Translations under genes and position numbers: made by a program
The notes under the pieces: model-generated
The model's input: only the letters and a program-made list of their open reading frames with translations
Database searches by the model: none
Told to the model about the DNA's origin: nothing
Shown: one piece after another, positions 45,124 to 56,862 of the stretch
Numbering within the stretch: position 1 is the first letter of the stretch
How the letters are laid out: each line of letters opens with the position of its first letter
Source of the DNA: Trypanosoma brucei
Taxonomy: Eukaryota
Reading direction: 5' to 3'
Assembly: GCA_000002445.1 (NCBI GenBank)
Contig: AL929603.2
Location: forward strand, 960,001-1,024,000
Length of the DNA stretch: 64,000 bases

Positions 45124-47689
45124 CTAGTTTGTGATGCAGAGGCTGTGCCTTCTACGGAGTAACACTGTATATGACTGTATTTATCTGTGTCCTATTTGTC
45201 ATGCAACGCAACATGTAAGCGAAGCGGTTTCTCCTCAGTGCCTGCGATGTCAGACATGTTGCTCACTTAGTGGGGGTAGCATATATGTATATATTTGTGG
45301 TGTCATTTTCTTGCAAGACGGACGGTTTCACGTACTAAGAAAAAAGTGTGTGTGTTCGGGGTTAAATATTTCTATGCAGACAGCAGTGCCACGGTAGTTG
45401 GAGTCTCTGCTATTGAAGACTGAAAATTCAGCTTTAAGATAAGATATAGCAAAAAGAGAAAAGAGAACACTTGATCGAACTAAACAAATCACTATTGCGG
45501 AGGGCTTAGTCAGCGGTATCAATGCAAATAAATACATGTGCGTGCATACATATATGTGTATGTGAGTGAGCCGATTGCCGGCGTGCGTGGCGTAGGTAAA
45601 GGAAGGTGATCACATCACCCCCATTTTGCGAAGCGAGGAGAGCGCACAGTTCGGTTGGTTAGCGAGTAGGAGTAAAAATTGAAGGAAGGACCTTGTCATA
45701 CTTTGCATTATTTGGAAGTCATAGCACTGTTTCCCGCCCCATTCAAAAGAAAATTTGTTTACATGTTTCGTAACAGAGATAGAAACACGGTTTCCACTGT
45801 CGTCACCTCCTTCGTTTCAAACCCTATTTCATCCATTTGTTTCCTCTCCCTTTTCGATAGTTTGTGAAAGCCACAACCACCTTTTTTTGTACCTTAGTTT
45901 ACTCTCGTGTCACCACCGAGCTACCAGTTGCATGTCTGGCTAGGCATATGCCGACACATTTTTAGTGGAATCGCCGTTGACACAATTTGCCAATCAGTGT
46001 CTCAGTGCTTGGGTTATAAACGTGCATAACTCGGACACCGGACACGAGCTTGTGCTGAAAATTGTGTCCCTGTTGTCATCCAGAGGTTCAGGGAGTTTAC
46101 ATTTTGAAGAATGAGGGTCTTCGATTGACTTCCTGGGACGTATCGAATACGTCAAGCACAGTCGAATGCAGTAAAGCAGTGCCTTGTCGAGAATACATCG
46201 AGACAATGGCAGCAGACACACTACTCTACTTCATTTGGTAGTGTAGCATTATTTTTTTTATTTTTGTCCGAATACTTTCGTATCCCAACACCAGAGGCTT
46301 CTCGAGCTGTTTGCCTTGTTTTGGCTTATGGTGCTATGGTTGTGTGGCCAAGAAGTGAGGTCACAGTTCGCTAAGGGATGTGCACCAGCACGTTAACGGG
46401 GCGGGTATGGGTGCAGTTGTGTTGTATGCATACATCTGTCGGTGTGCCGAGTTATCCTATAGAGCGCAAACGCCAACCGGTGGGCCGGGAAGTAGAACAG
46501 GAGTGTTCATTTCGTTTGAGCCGGAGCGGAAGCAGTGGGTCACAGCACCCAGCTCAAAGAAGGGGAGTTAACTGAGGTGTGTGATTATTGAGAAAGGAAC
46601 TGAAATTGTTGGGAATTGAAGCATCCCGAACTTTCCCCATCCCTTTGGTCATCAGACAGCCGTAATGATTTTCCCACAATGGGCTCTGTGCAAAGTTCAT
46701 TTGCTCTAATGGCTGAGATGTGATTCTCGCCCTCGCGCGATCAGCGGGGAGGAACAGCACCGTTACATTGAGTTAGGAGCCATGTTTAGTTCAACTTTTT
46801 CTGTCACTGGGAGTTGATCAGAATGAGAGGATGTGATTTTTATTTCCCCTTAATGGTGTACATTATGTGCGACACTGGCGTGTGTCAATTTTAACAGCTA
46901 GAATCGTTGGTTTAATTTGCTGTGCGCTAATTAGAGTCGTCGTACGCTCAGGGAAAGGTGGCGCATGCTCTTCTGGGAAGGGCTGTTTCTCAACTAACCC
47001 AGATTAATTGGTTGCTTTGTTGGGTGTGTGTGTGTAATTCCTTTATGTGTTAATTCTCTAGTGAGGTATCTAGTGCTCTGCCGCTTGGTCACTGTCTCTG
47101 TACAGGTGTGGAAGTTGCCATCATCTGATGCCGACCACCCCGTTTCGATGTTAACAAAGACAGTGTTTCTTACACGCACCGGGAAAACACTATTTGATGG
47201 CGCGTTTACTTGACTAGCCCCATGCTTCTTACGGCCAGCGTATGTAACGCCTTCCAGGAATGGATGAACCGAATCGGAGGTGGCAGTGTCTTCAGCCACT
47301 TCGCAAGGGACTTAAAGGAACGACAAAGTTGTGTTGTATTGGTGGGGTTCTTCTTCCCGTATCTTCATTTGACCGTAAGTTTCCACGACTATTGAAGGGC
47401 TCTGTGTTGCGCAATTGAAAATGCGTGTTGTTATGCGATTCTGATATGCTTTTGTAGTCCCGTTTTACTGATTTTTCCTCCCCACAAAAGTGGAGGAGCA
47501 TCCCGTTTTTTTTTCTCGCCGGGGCCAGTCGCCGCTGGTGCGCTGCTGGCTTCTATGGTTGGCTGCCAGGTTCCGGAGCATTTAGTCCCTAAAGTTCCAC
47601 GGCAGCGAAGGATTGTGTCTCCCTCCTCTGTTAATCAGTGTCACCACCGGTGTGCATTTCCACGCTATTGCGCGTACGAAGACTCACTT

Positions 47690-47734
47690 GCTCCGTATCT
47701 CTTTCCCTTTATTTATTTAATATTGTAACCCCTT
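47690..47734 (+). promoter_or_regulatory. Polypyrimidine tract upstream of the LRR protein gene
   Basis: Direct reading: ctccgtatctctttccctttatttatttaatattgtaaccccttttgg. Confidence 0.4.
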
Positions 47735-47803
47735 TTGGTGGAGCATTTATTTCCATATAGGGTAGCATTTACCTTCAGTGAAATAAAAAGAACAAAGACA
47801 GGG

Positions 47804-50011
47804 ATGGGTGGTGTGGTCGGCAAGATACCTGTTCTGCTTCGTGGTGGTAAGACTGTGGATGGACTTAACTTCCATGGCATGGTACCCATTGATACGGAAG
47901 AGCTTACCGAATTGTTGACTGTGTTAAACTGTCGAGGATACGATACGAAGGTGGAAGTCCATCCTTTACCTGCTGGCTTTCCCCATACGGGTGAGGTATT
48001 CAGCACATATGAACTTGTACTGAGGGGTATAGTGCTTGAACGTGGTGATTTGGAGTTCATAGGAAATTATGCATCACTTAACAAACTGCATTTTATCGAA
48101 TGTTCGGGCTCATGCGACCTGGGTATGTTGTCGGGGCATTCGTTTCTTTCAGAGTTGCGCGTGGACGTTGATGGTGAAGTGAGCCATTATAAAGCGCTGC
48201 GGGAGCTCCCTTCGTTGAGAACCCTTTGGCTGCGCAACAGTAACATGACACTCACTGATTTCTTTCATGTGGGGGAAGTAGATACATTGGAAAGCCTTAC
48301 CCTTCGAGGAGCGTTGAACTTCAAGTGTCTGGAGGCTGTAGCGAGGTTGCCGCGGTTGAGGGCGCTGGATTTGAGTGAGACATTGGTCAATGATAAATGC
48401 CTCCACGCTATAAGCGCCTGCAAAACCCTGCAGCAACTTGGCCTCAGCTCCTGCAAGCGGCTGCGAGATGTTAGCCCCCTTACTCAGATTGCCAGTTTGG
48501 AGGAGTTGAACCTTAGTCACTGTGAAAATCTTAAGGAAGTGGGTGCCCTTTACAGACTTAGCCACTTATTTAGGTTAGACCTTAGGGGTGTGCACCTCAC
48601 TTATCGTGTTGTTTACAGTCTAAGCAAGTGCACGGGACTGACTGAGCTTTACGTTTCATCCTGCGAAGGGTTATCGGGCGTGGCTTGGCTTTCCAACCTT
48701 GAATCGCTAGGGGATTTGGATGTTCAGTGGCGTAAAAACTTGAAGCATACTGGGGACGTTCTTGCCTGCTTGCCGTTGCTACGAGTGCTGGATTTGAGCG
48801 GCACATCGATTAGCAACGAATCCCTTTGGAATATTAGTGAAAGTAAGCTTCTGAGAAGGCTTGACCTCTCGTTCTGTGGCGGTGTGAAAGATATAAGCCC
48901 GATATCAGATATTGTAACACTAGAAGAGTTGAATCTTAAGGGTTGCACGAGTATTACCGAAGGAGTGGATAAACTTGGAAATTTAGTGAATCTTCATATA
49001 CTGAATATGAGTAACACCCCTCTTCAATCCGGTTTTCTCTACAATATCAGCAGCATCGAAAGTCTCGTGGAACTTGATCTTTCTTCATGCTGGGGTGTAG
49101 CATCATTGGATTCTTCAGTGCAGACAGCGGTGCGTATGCGGAAGGGTTCCTATCCATTAGCGCGTCACATCGAAGGCATAAATGCGCTTGGAAGGCTCCC
49201 GAAACTTCGATTGCTAAACATGAGTAGCACTCCCGTAACAGATGAGTGCCTTCATGGATTGCAAATGTGCAAGAGTTTGGTGTGGCTCAATCTTTCTTTA
49301 TGTGCCAACCTCACGGATGTAAGTCCCCTTTCAAGTGTCAAAACACTGGAGGAAGTAGACCTCGGTTGTTGTGGAAACTTGAAGTGGGGTGCAGGTTCCC
49401 TCCGCCGACTGCCACAGTTACGCATCCTGGATTTAAAAAATACAGTCATTACTGATCACTGCCTTGGTGATGTCACTTACGGAGGGGGCGTGGTTAGTCG
49501 AATGTTGGGACGGTGTGGGATGGCTGACCTGAGTTTTTCTCGTTGGTCCATCCGTCGTGGTGGCAATTTGGTGAGGTTGGACCTCTCGTCGTGCTGGGGG
49601 CTCACTGATATTGCCCATCTGACAAGCATAACCACACTGGAGGAGTTGAGATTTACGGGATGCAGAAACTTAAAGGATGGTGTGGATGCCCTCGGCCAAT
49701 TACCAGTTCTTCACCTGCTGGACTTGAGTGGCACTTCCATAACCGATGACTCTCTCCAAGGATTAAGTACGTGTAGAAGCCTCGTCACGCTTAATATTTC
49801 GTCGTGCGCTAACCTAACAGATGTAAGTCCTCTTTCACGGATTTCATCACTTGAGGAACTAAACCTTCAGAAAAGCAAACATATCAGGAGAGGCATCGAT
49901 GAATTAGTGAGCCTTCCGCGTTTGTACCTTGTATATTTGTGTAGAGCAGACTTTAGCCGCGGAGTCGCAGAAGAGTTAGAAAAACGCGGTATTGTAGTTA
50001 AACAAATGTAA
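47804..50011 (+). CDS. Leucine-rich repeat protein, ESAG8-like (LRRP), about 735 aa
   Basis: More than 20 tandem ~25-aa LRRs of the trypanosome ESAG8/LRRP type (LxxLxLSxCxxLTDVSPLSxIxSLEELNLxxC). The N-terminus MGGVVGK has Gly2. No RING finger is visible, unlike canonical ESAG8. Confidence 0.85.
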   Translation: MGGVVGKIPVLLRGGKTVDGLNFHGMVPIDTEELTELLTVLNCRGYDTKVEVHPLPAGFPHTGEVFSTYELVLRGIVLERGDLEFIGNYASLNKLHFIECSGSCDLGMLSGHSFLSELRVDVDGEVSHYKALRELPSLRTLWLRNSNMTLTDFFHVGEVDTLESLTLRGALNFKCLEAVARLPRLRALDLSETLVNDKCLHAISACKTLQQLGLSSCKRLRDVSPLTQIASLEELNLSHCENLKEVGALYRLSHLFRLDLRGVHLTYRVVYSLSKCTGLTELYVSSCEGLSGVAWLSNLESLGDLDVQWRKNLKHTGDVLACLPLLRVLDLSGTSISNESLWNISESKLLRRLDLSFCGGVKDISPISDIVTLEELNLKGCTSITEGVDKLGNLVNLHILNMSNTPLQSGFLYNISSIESLVELDLSSCWGVASLDSSVQTAVRMRKGSYPLARHIEGINALGRLPKLRLLNMSSTPVTDECLHGLQMCKSLVWLNLSLCANLTDVSPLSSVKTLEEVDLGCCGNLKWGAGSLRRLPQLRILDLKNTVITDHCLGDVTYGGGVVSRMLGRCGMADLSFSRWSIRRGGNLVRLDLSSCWGLTDIAHLTSITTLEELRFTGCRNLKDGVDALGQLPVLHLLDLSGTSITDDSLQGLSTCRSLVTLNISSCANLTDVSPLSRISSLEELNLQKSKHIRRGIDELVSLPRLYLVYLCRADFSRGVAEELEKRGIVVKQM

Positions 50012-53000
50012 ACACTTGTACGAATTTAGTGAGTGCTTTCTTAGGGCTGACTCGGGGTTCTGCAGTTCATATCGGCGCTCTGCGTCCCTGTTCCCGTGTT
50101 ACTCTTGGTACAAGCTGCATCTCCCCTTTCTCCACTTCCCCAGCATTAGTTGCTAAATTTATATTCACTTATTATGTCAAAAGATCATTGGAGTGTTGTG
50201 CAGTTGACTTTGTAAACGCCCCTTTTTACAAAAGCATAGGTATGAGCTGGGCGTATCTCTGCGGTGCCAGTGGACGTGTATATGTTGATGGAGCAGTCGG
50301 CTGGTGTCAAACTTCTTTTTTTCTGGCGTTTTCACTTTGGTGCCGTTCTTCCTGGTGGGGCGGTTACCATCCCTCATGATGTACTCGTGTTCCTTCTTTC
50401 CCCTTCTTTTTCTTTTTCCTCACTTGGCGTCTGCCAAATAAAATCCAGGCAATATCCGAGATGCTTGTTGAATTTTCAACCTTACAACTGTGGCTTATAT
50501 GCTGCAGACGGTTAGGGTGCGCCCAAACTTGCCTGGAAATACTAAGACACTATACTTTGTTTTTTTTCTTTATCTATGCGAGTGGGCCTTCCTAAAAAAT
50601 ACGGTACCGTTTCGGCAGGCCCCGTGTGGTGAAGGGCTCCACATTTTGTGTGAGAACTGTCGATATCCCTCTTATCACCTGCTTTGATGTCTTACACATC
50701 TTGTTCTTTGCTTAGTTTTCCTTTTGTTTTATTAGGATCAAACTGTGAATCCAGCAGCTAGCCCACTGTACTGGGGGATTCACCGTGTTTGTTTGCTTGT
50801 GCGTGTGGATCCGTGCTTGTGTTGGGTGCTGTTGCTTTCCGTAAAGTAATCCTGAAACACCAAGGACTGATTTCGTAGGAACCATAAAAGCAATTTTGCT
50901 TCTTTGGAGGTGGGTATCACCATTTTAGTAGTTGCTTAGACACCTGTGATTTCTTTTTTGGGACATATGCGCGTTGCTATACGGTGACTGTTGAGGTTTG
51001 GCTGCCACTGCCTTAAAAAGCAAGAGGCTTTGAGCGGCATCATTCGCTGTGCCATCTTGTAGTGGAAGACTGGAATTTGAGTTTACTAACAACTAATGTG
51101 AGCTGCAAAAGCCGCATAGTTTGTGGGCACGCAAGAGTCTGTACGGTCGATCTTTACTCACCTGAAGTGTTTTTGTTTTGTTTTGTCGGTGTTTTTTTCC
51201 ACTCGATGTGCGGACGTTAAATCCTTCGAAGGGTTGTGTTTTCACACATGTGGTTGAGGTGAATTGTTTAAATTCTGGGATGTTGTGCGTGCAACACTAC
51301 CATCCATATCAGTGGATGGGAATTAACGGGGAGATACCAGGGTTCCTATGCATCATGTGAGCAATTGCTTTCCCTGCTTGCCTTCGGGTAATGACTTCAC
51401 AACGTACCTTGTGTCGTGTTTGGGAAAATATTCTAACATCTCTGAAGGGCGTCTGATGCGCGGGATGAGGGATAACACCATTCATTTTTGGCTTAATGGA
51501 ATAGTGATGGTACATTTATCCGCCATGTTCACACCATGAGAGAGGAAGCTACATCCCAACGAAATCATTCCACCCCCTACGATGGTCGATCATATATGCC
51601 AAAATGTTCTGTGGATCTTTAAATAATGAGTGAAACGTTTACTAAACTTCTGAAACCTTGTGCAGGCGAAATATTGAGTAGATCCAACGGAAATAAGATA
51701 TAGCTTACACACCTCATCGCTAAACGCCACAAAAGTTTCTGTGTGTGTGTGTGGTAAAGGAAACAAACACAGAAAAAAGGTATAGACGAGGAGAACCGTC
51801 TGTATTCTTGTATTTGAACAGTACAAAGTTCTGCGGCGGACACAACAGGTGTTCTGACGTTTTATGGCTGACAGAAGCACAACATGCTCAAGCAAGAAAG
51901 GATTCACCCCTGAAATAGAGGGTGTGGAGCTATGAACATCACAGAAGTAACAAGGCGAGGAAATTGTGCGCTAACATCGCAAGAGAACAAGGGCTCTTTG
52001 TTACACACGAAGGGACAGTACTCTGTAGTGTATACGGATGCAAATGCCCACAGAGCAACCAAGTGGGCGGTGCGCATCAATTAAAACCGGACAGCAACAA
52101 TCCAGCATCAGTACAAAGGCGGGCGCAACTTCAGTGCTCGTGCAAACAACTTAATACTGAAATGCGCGTTCTGCGGCATCTGTTCGGGGATGAAAAAAGG
52201 CCCTGCAATAAGTCAAGGGTTATAACCGTTGCAGTGAAGCGCTATCTGCAGGCATTCACGTCGTCAAAAGACAGTATGAACTTAATAAAAATAATGGAAC
52301 ACAAAATGTCAAAACAAGAACTAATCCAACTGTCCCAACGGATGGAAGAAATGCAGCAGCGGATTCTGTAAAGTGAACGTATTGCAATTTCGTGGATGTA
52401 CGAGGAGAGGCGTTGACTTTGAAAGCAAAAGCTCGACACTATCAAAAATCAACCGAAGGGAAACACCGCAAGTACAGAGCCATGATGGTAAGTGACAGAG
52501 GAAAGTGAAATACTACCAACTGATGCAACAGTTACTGTTGATGAAGGGGGAGCCCAATGCCCTCAGTACAAGCATTAACACGCATTGGTGAGTGGCGTGA
52601 TCAACCACCTCAAGAAAAATGTAGAACACGTACCTCGTTACCAAATATCAGAGTCCAACAAAATCGTCACGGAGCTTCGGTATTGAAGTATTGAGTCTGC
52701 GCTTGTTAAGCCCTCATTGCTATAGAAAAAACAAAATAACACCTTAACTTTTACTTGCAGTTGAGGAGCTGCCAACATAAGCCGGTGCTTTCTTCATGCG
52801 AAGGAAACATAACGCCTCAAGGGCTGAGAGTGTATCAAGTGTTGACATGCCTCCACCTTCGCCCAACGGAAAAGGGCGTAGGAGTTTCGAACTGAATTCC
52901 ACTAAACTCGTCACCGCGACGAGAGACTGACAACTTCCAAAAAACTGGCGGTGTGGTTTCCAAAGTTGGTACGATTGGAACGGGTTCTAGCCTTTACGCC

Positions 53001-53264
53001 TTTGCTGCCAACAAGTTTGTACGGGCTGTGCGGTGCGATGTATTGATTACGCACATCCCACAACCCAGCAGGTGCGAGATCGATGAGTAGTCCTAAGTTT
53101 TTCTTAACTTCCAAATATCCAGAATGGGAAAAGAACCCTCCCAGCGGAAATGTTTCTAAGCGTGCTCTGTTTATAATTTTTACACGAACGAAGCGAGAAA
53201 ATGGCGACTTATCTTCGTAACTACTTTTTAAGAAAGGAGTTTAATTACATAAAGTGGAACAAAA

Positions 53265-54302
53265 ATGTGGAAGAAATCAGTGGAATTAATTGTGGGCGTG
53301 ACTTTAGTAATGACATATGTGTCTAGCGCGGAGCAGGTTATACTTAATACGAAGGAGTTCCAAACGTTGTGCGGATTTGTTAGGTTGACAGAACAAATAA
53401 ATGAGCTACTGGAGCGAATGAAGGGAAAGCCTGGAGTAGATGTGTTACCTCTACAAAAAAAAGTCAAAGACATATTGTTTGGAACGCGAATTGGAGATGT
53501 GGGAAAAATGAATTGGGGATATTATAGAGAACTGGATTGTGGCCAAGATAGTGGAAACCATCAAACTAAAGGGGGAGAAGCTCTCATGAAAGATCTTGTT
53601 TGCTTGTGCGAAGGAACGGACCAGCAATCGCCACCCGGGGGACTTTGTTATGAGGGAAACACCAAAAAAAATAGCCGCGGCGGATGGAATAATGCAGGAG
53701 CCCACAGAAACACATGGACCAGTTTGAAAAGTGAATGTACAAGGGAACATGGAGAAGGTCTGTTAGCCGAGAGTGAATTTCAAGAGATGAAAAAGCAACT
53801 CAAAGAGCGGCTAAAGGAGCGTAAAGATATTCGTACAAGCGCACGTGAAGGCACGTTTTATACTTATGGGGGTAACACAAGCAATGGATTGCAGACGTGC
53901 AGTGGGGCAAAATCAGACAACGACGGCATTTGTGTAATGTATCCAAAGGAATCTGATGGGGACAACACGAGTGGTATTGAATGGCTTAATGAGCTTGAAG
54001 GTCTGGTGAAAGAAGTTGAGAAAATGAACAAGGATGAAAGTGCAGGTGGAAACACAAAACCAAGTACGGACGGGCAACCAAGCATGGAAAAAAAGCCAAA
54101 GTCAAATACAAAGCCAAGCACAGGGGAGAACTCACCAGCTAAGGGGTTAGAAGGATCACAAAAAGATGGAAACCCAAATGCGCAAACAACTACCAGTACT
54201 GAGAAAGATGCCACTACGGCAAGACCACCAGAAGAACAAAAGAGTTCGTCCAAAATTATTTTACAATTTCTATGGATATTTTTATTTTGGTTGTTTGTAT
54301 AA
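53265..54302 (+). CDS. Putative GPI-anchored surface protein distantly related to family B (345 aa)
   Basis: Signal peptide. Shares Cys motifs with family B (FQTLCGFVRL versus FETLCKIYRI; LVCLCEG versus FFCLCVGEA). Low-complexity T/K/P/S-rich stalk with a repeated NTKPST motif. Hydrophobic C-terminus ILQFLWIFLFWLFV. Confidence 0.6.
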   Translation: MWKKSVELIVGVTLVMTYVSSAEQVILNTKEFQTLCGFVRLTEQINELLERMKGKPGVDVLPLQKKVKDILFGTRIGDVGKMNWGYYRELDCGQDSGNHQTKGGEALMKDLVCLCEGTDQQSPPGGLCYEGNTKKNSRGGWNNAGAHRNTWTSLKSECTREHGEGLLAESEFQEMKKQLKERLKERKDIRTSAREGTFYTYGGNTSNGLQTCSGAKSDNDGICVMYPKESDGDNTSGIEWLNELEGLVKEVEKMNKDESAGGNTKPSTDGQPSMEKKPKSNTKPSTGENSPAKGLEGSQKDGNPNAQTTTSTEKDATTARPPEEQKSSSKIILQFLWIFLFWLFV

Positions 54303-55394
54303 ATTGGCTCACAATCCACCATCACGTTTTTTTTTGGAAAATTCATGTCGGTAGAGGAAGTAAAAAGTAGCTACCGTTGCAGGGACCAGGAGACAGGGTG
54401 GAGGGAATGGAGGAATAATTTTTCTTTTTTACGCCCATTTAAAAAGTTTCTCAAACTGGATAATTTCAATGCTCAATAAAGAAAATAATCCGTTCACACT
54501 TATTAGTAACAACAAAATTTGGGAAGAGTAAAAGCAACAGGGAGTGAAACGTAAACAAATAGGGAATAAGCTTTATGACTTTTGAGGTTAAGCGAATACA
54601 GATTTTAATATCGTTGTTGTGGAATTATGGAATCTGGAAAGACAAAATATATTAAAAGAACCGCGTTACATGTACACAGGAAGTGAATCTTACGAGGCTT
54701 GCAATTGGGCCCATTCAAACATAAGAAACAGAAACAGTGTGACCTCTCTTTGGAAGCTTAGTTGCAGCATTTAAGAATGGAGAGCAAATAGATAGTTATG
54801 TATACAGGAAACCACTGAAACTACGGTCAAGCCCAAGCGTGTTGGTGTGGCGATGAAACCGCCTGCAAGTGGTGAAGGAAGCGCGAACAAAAGGATTCAC
54901 GAACTTCGATCAAGTCTCAATTTAAAAAAAAATTGAAAGAACTAGATGTGTGTTTTTTCATTTAATTGGTAGGAGAGTGAAGCCACCAAAAGACATATTA
55001 TCTAAGTTGATTTTTATTTGTGTAACCCTGGAGTTCGAGGTATATGGAAAGTTGGGAATCGCGCGAGGAAGCTGAGGAGCATTCAAGGGAACTATGGGTA
55101 GAAGAGAGACTTGAATACACTGACGTGCGTAAATAATGCCTAACGAAAATGAGGTGAGCGTGTACTGAAAGCTATGGAAGGGGTACTCGTGGCGTTTGAG
55201 AGGCTTCTTCATGGCATGGAATAACTGGAATGACATGTGATAAATTAATTTACATGTGTTTACTCCGATACCAAAATAAAATTATAATTGATTACCATAT
55301 AGCATGAATAGACAAATGCATGTACATTGGTCTACTTTTTGTTTATTTTTAGTGTTTTGTACCATTTGTTTGGCTCAACCCCCGGAGGAAGGAA

Positions 55395-56174
55395 ATGCTC
55401 GGGCTTACAACAATCTTATTTTCGACACTAATAGTGATTGCATCAAGCGGTGAATCGAAAGCTTCAGTGGGCACTTCGGTCGCCGAGCAGAGATGCGATG
55501 GATACTGGGACTCCTCCAGTGGGGGCGGACGGTGCCGGCCTTGGAGTACGGGAGCAGTCGATCCAAAGACTGTAAGCACGCGGCAGACTCCAGTTTCCCC
55601 AGTTCTTAAAAGCCAGAAACCAGATGTGACCGGTGACGATGCCCAAGTACACAAAATGCAGGAGGGTGCTGCATCGAGTCCAATCGTAGAGAGTGGAGCT
55701 AGTCAATCGGCTCCTGGTACTGAGGAAACCTCTAACAAAGTGACCGTGCAACTAAGTGGTGTTGCAATTGGTGGCAGGAGTGACAAGATTGAACAGCCAT
55801 CTCTCAGCTCCCGAATCTCCGAGCCGGCGGCAAACGCGGCGACTGACTACAGCGAACAGAAAGTGGGTCAAGAAGGGCAGAGATTAGGAACTGCAGAGGG
55901 ACTAGAAGGCGCGAAATACAACGGCAGAGATGGTGGGAAAGAGGGGAAAAAGGTTTCAGAGGAGCAAACACCAGGGCCTGATAGCCGGCACGCCTTGCAG
56001 ATGTCGATGCGGGGCGCAGCTTCGCCGCGAGGGCATAGCCATATGGCGGGAGTCACGACAGATGATTTGGATGCGCAGGACCCAGCACAAAACAGTGCCC
56101 ATGAGAGGAGAAGCGCGGCGCAAAAAAGATGTGCAGTAGTGGTCGCCGCAGCGTTCAGCTTCATATGCCTTTGA
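55395..56174 (+). CDS. Small putative secreted/GPI-anchored Ser/Gly/Ala-rich protein (259 aa)
   Basis: N-terminal signal peptide MLGLTTILFSTLIVIASSG. Disordered, acidic, S/G/A-rich body. Hydrophobic C-terminus CAVVVAAAFSFICL. Confidence 0.5.
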   Translation: MLGLTTILFSTLIVIASSGESKASVGTSVAEQRCDGYWDSSSGGGRCRPWSTGAVDPKTVSTRQTPVSPVLKSQKPDVTGDDAQVHKMQEGAASSPIVESGASQSAPGTEETSNKVTVQLSGVAIGGRSDKIEQPSLSSRISEPAANAATDYSEQKVGQEGQRLGTAEGLEGAKYNGRDGGKEGKKVSEEQTPGPDSRHALQMSMRGAASPRGHSHMAGVTTDDLDAQDPAQNSAHERRSAAQKRCAVVVAAAFSFICL

Positions 56175-56689
56175 AACCCGTTGCTACAAGTCCGTGCATA
56201 AGTGTGCAAATGCCCAGTAAGGCGGGCGATGCGTGACACAGGGGCTGGACGGAGAGTCAGTAACTAAATCACAGCTTCGTTTACGAGAGAAACACGTGTG
56301 AAGCGTGATAACGACATAATTTTTGAAAGGACAGTGTGACAACAGGCGTGAATAACCCTAATGTAATCATGAGTAACGTGCAAGAGTGGAGTGAATGTCC
56401 TGAAAGGGAGGGAACCAAGTTAAAGTTCGTAATCTCATACAGCGAAAATGACACAATCGCAAGGGAATAAGCAGTAGACGGGTTCGATTAAACTAATCGG
56501 GTAAAACTCAGGTTCAATACTATTGGGAAGTTTGTGGTTGATGAACTTTTCAAAAGTGTAATGGACGTTGCTGCATATCAAAAGTTAACCTTATTGCGAG
56601 GATGCTGATGGCAGTCGTGAGGGCAAGCTGGATGAAATCGTAAATTTTAATTGTGGGGAATTTAGAGACCACCTTGTTAATCATATTTG

Positions 56690-56862
56690 ATCCCCTCATC
56701 GCACCTTTTGCTGCTGGACAACCGCCTTCAGTACTTGCTGAAATGATGTCCAATATCACTTCACTTTACTTTCGTTTCAACGAAGTCCACAGGAGTTTCA
56801 CTTCGCTGCTGTTCGACACGGGTAGCATTGATAATGTGAAAAGCACTAATTCTACCATCTGA
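56690..56862 (+). pseudogene. 3' fragment (about 57 codons) of a family-A gene
   Basis: It encodes ...PLIAPFAAGQPPSVLAEMMSNITSLYFRFNEVHRSFTSLLFDTGSIDNVKSTNSTI*. It is followed by the same ~1.2-kb spacer found after A1 (30758..32003). The upstream sequence is unrelated. Confidence 0.85.

Noticed and set aside
51922-52371. 149-aa + strand ORF (MWSYEHHRSNKARKLCANIAREQG...) in the 50-53 kb intergenic interval
   Set aside because: No recognisable motif, no upstream polypyrimidine tract, Cys/Arg/Gln-rich composition typical of random ORFs. Left unannotated, but a transcript map could revive it.
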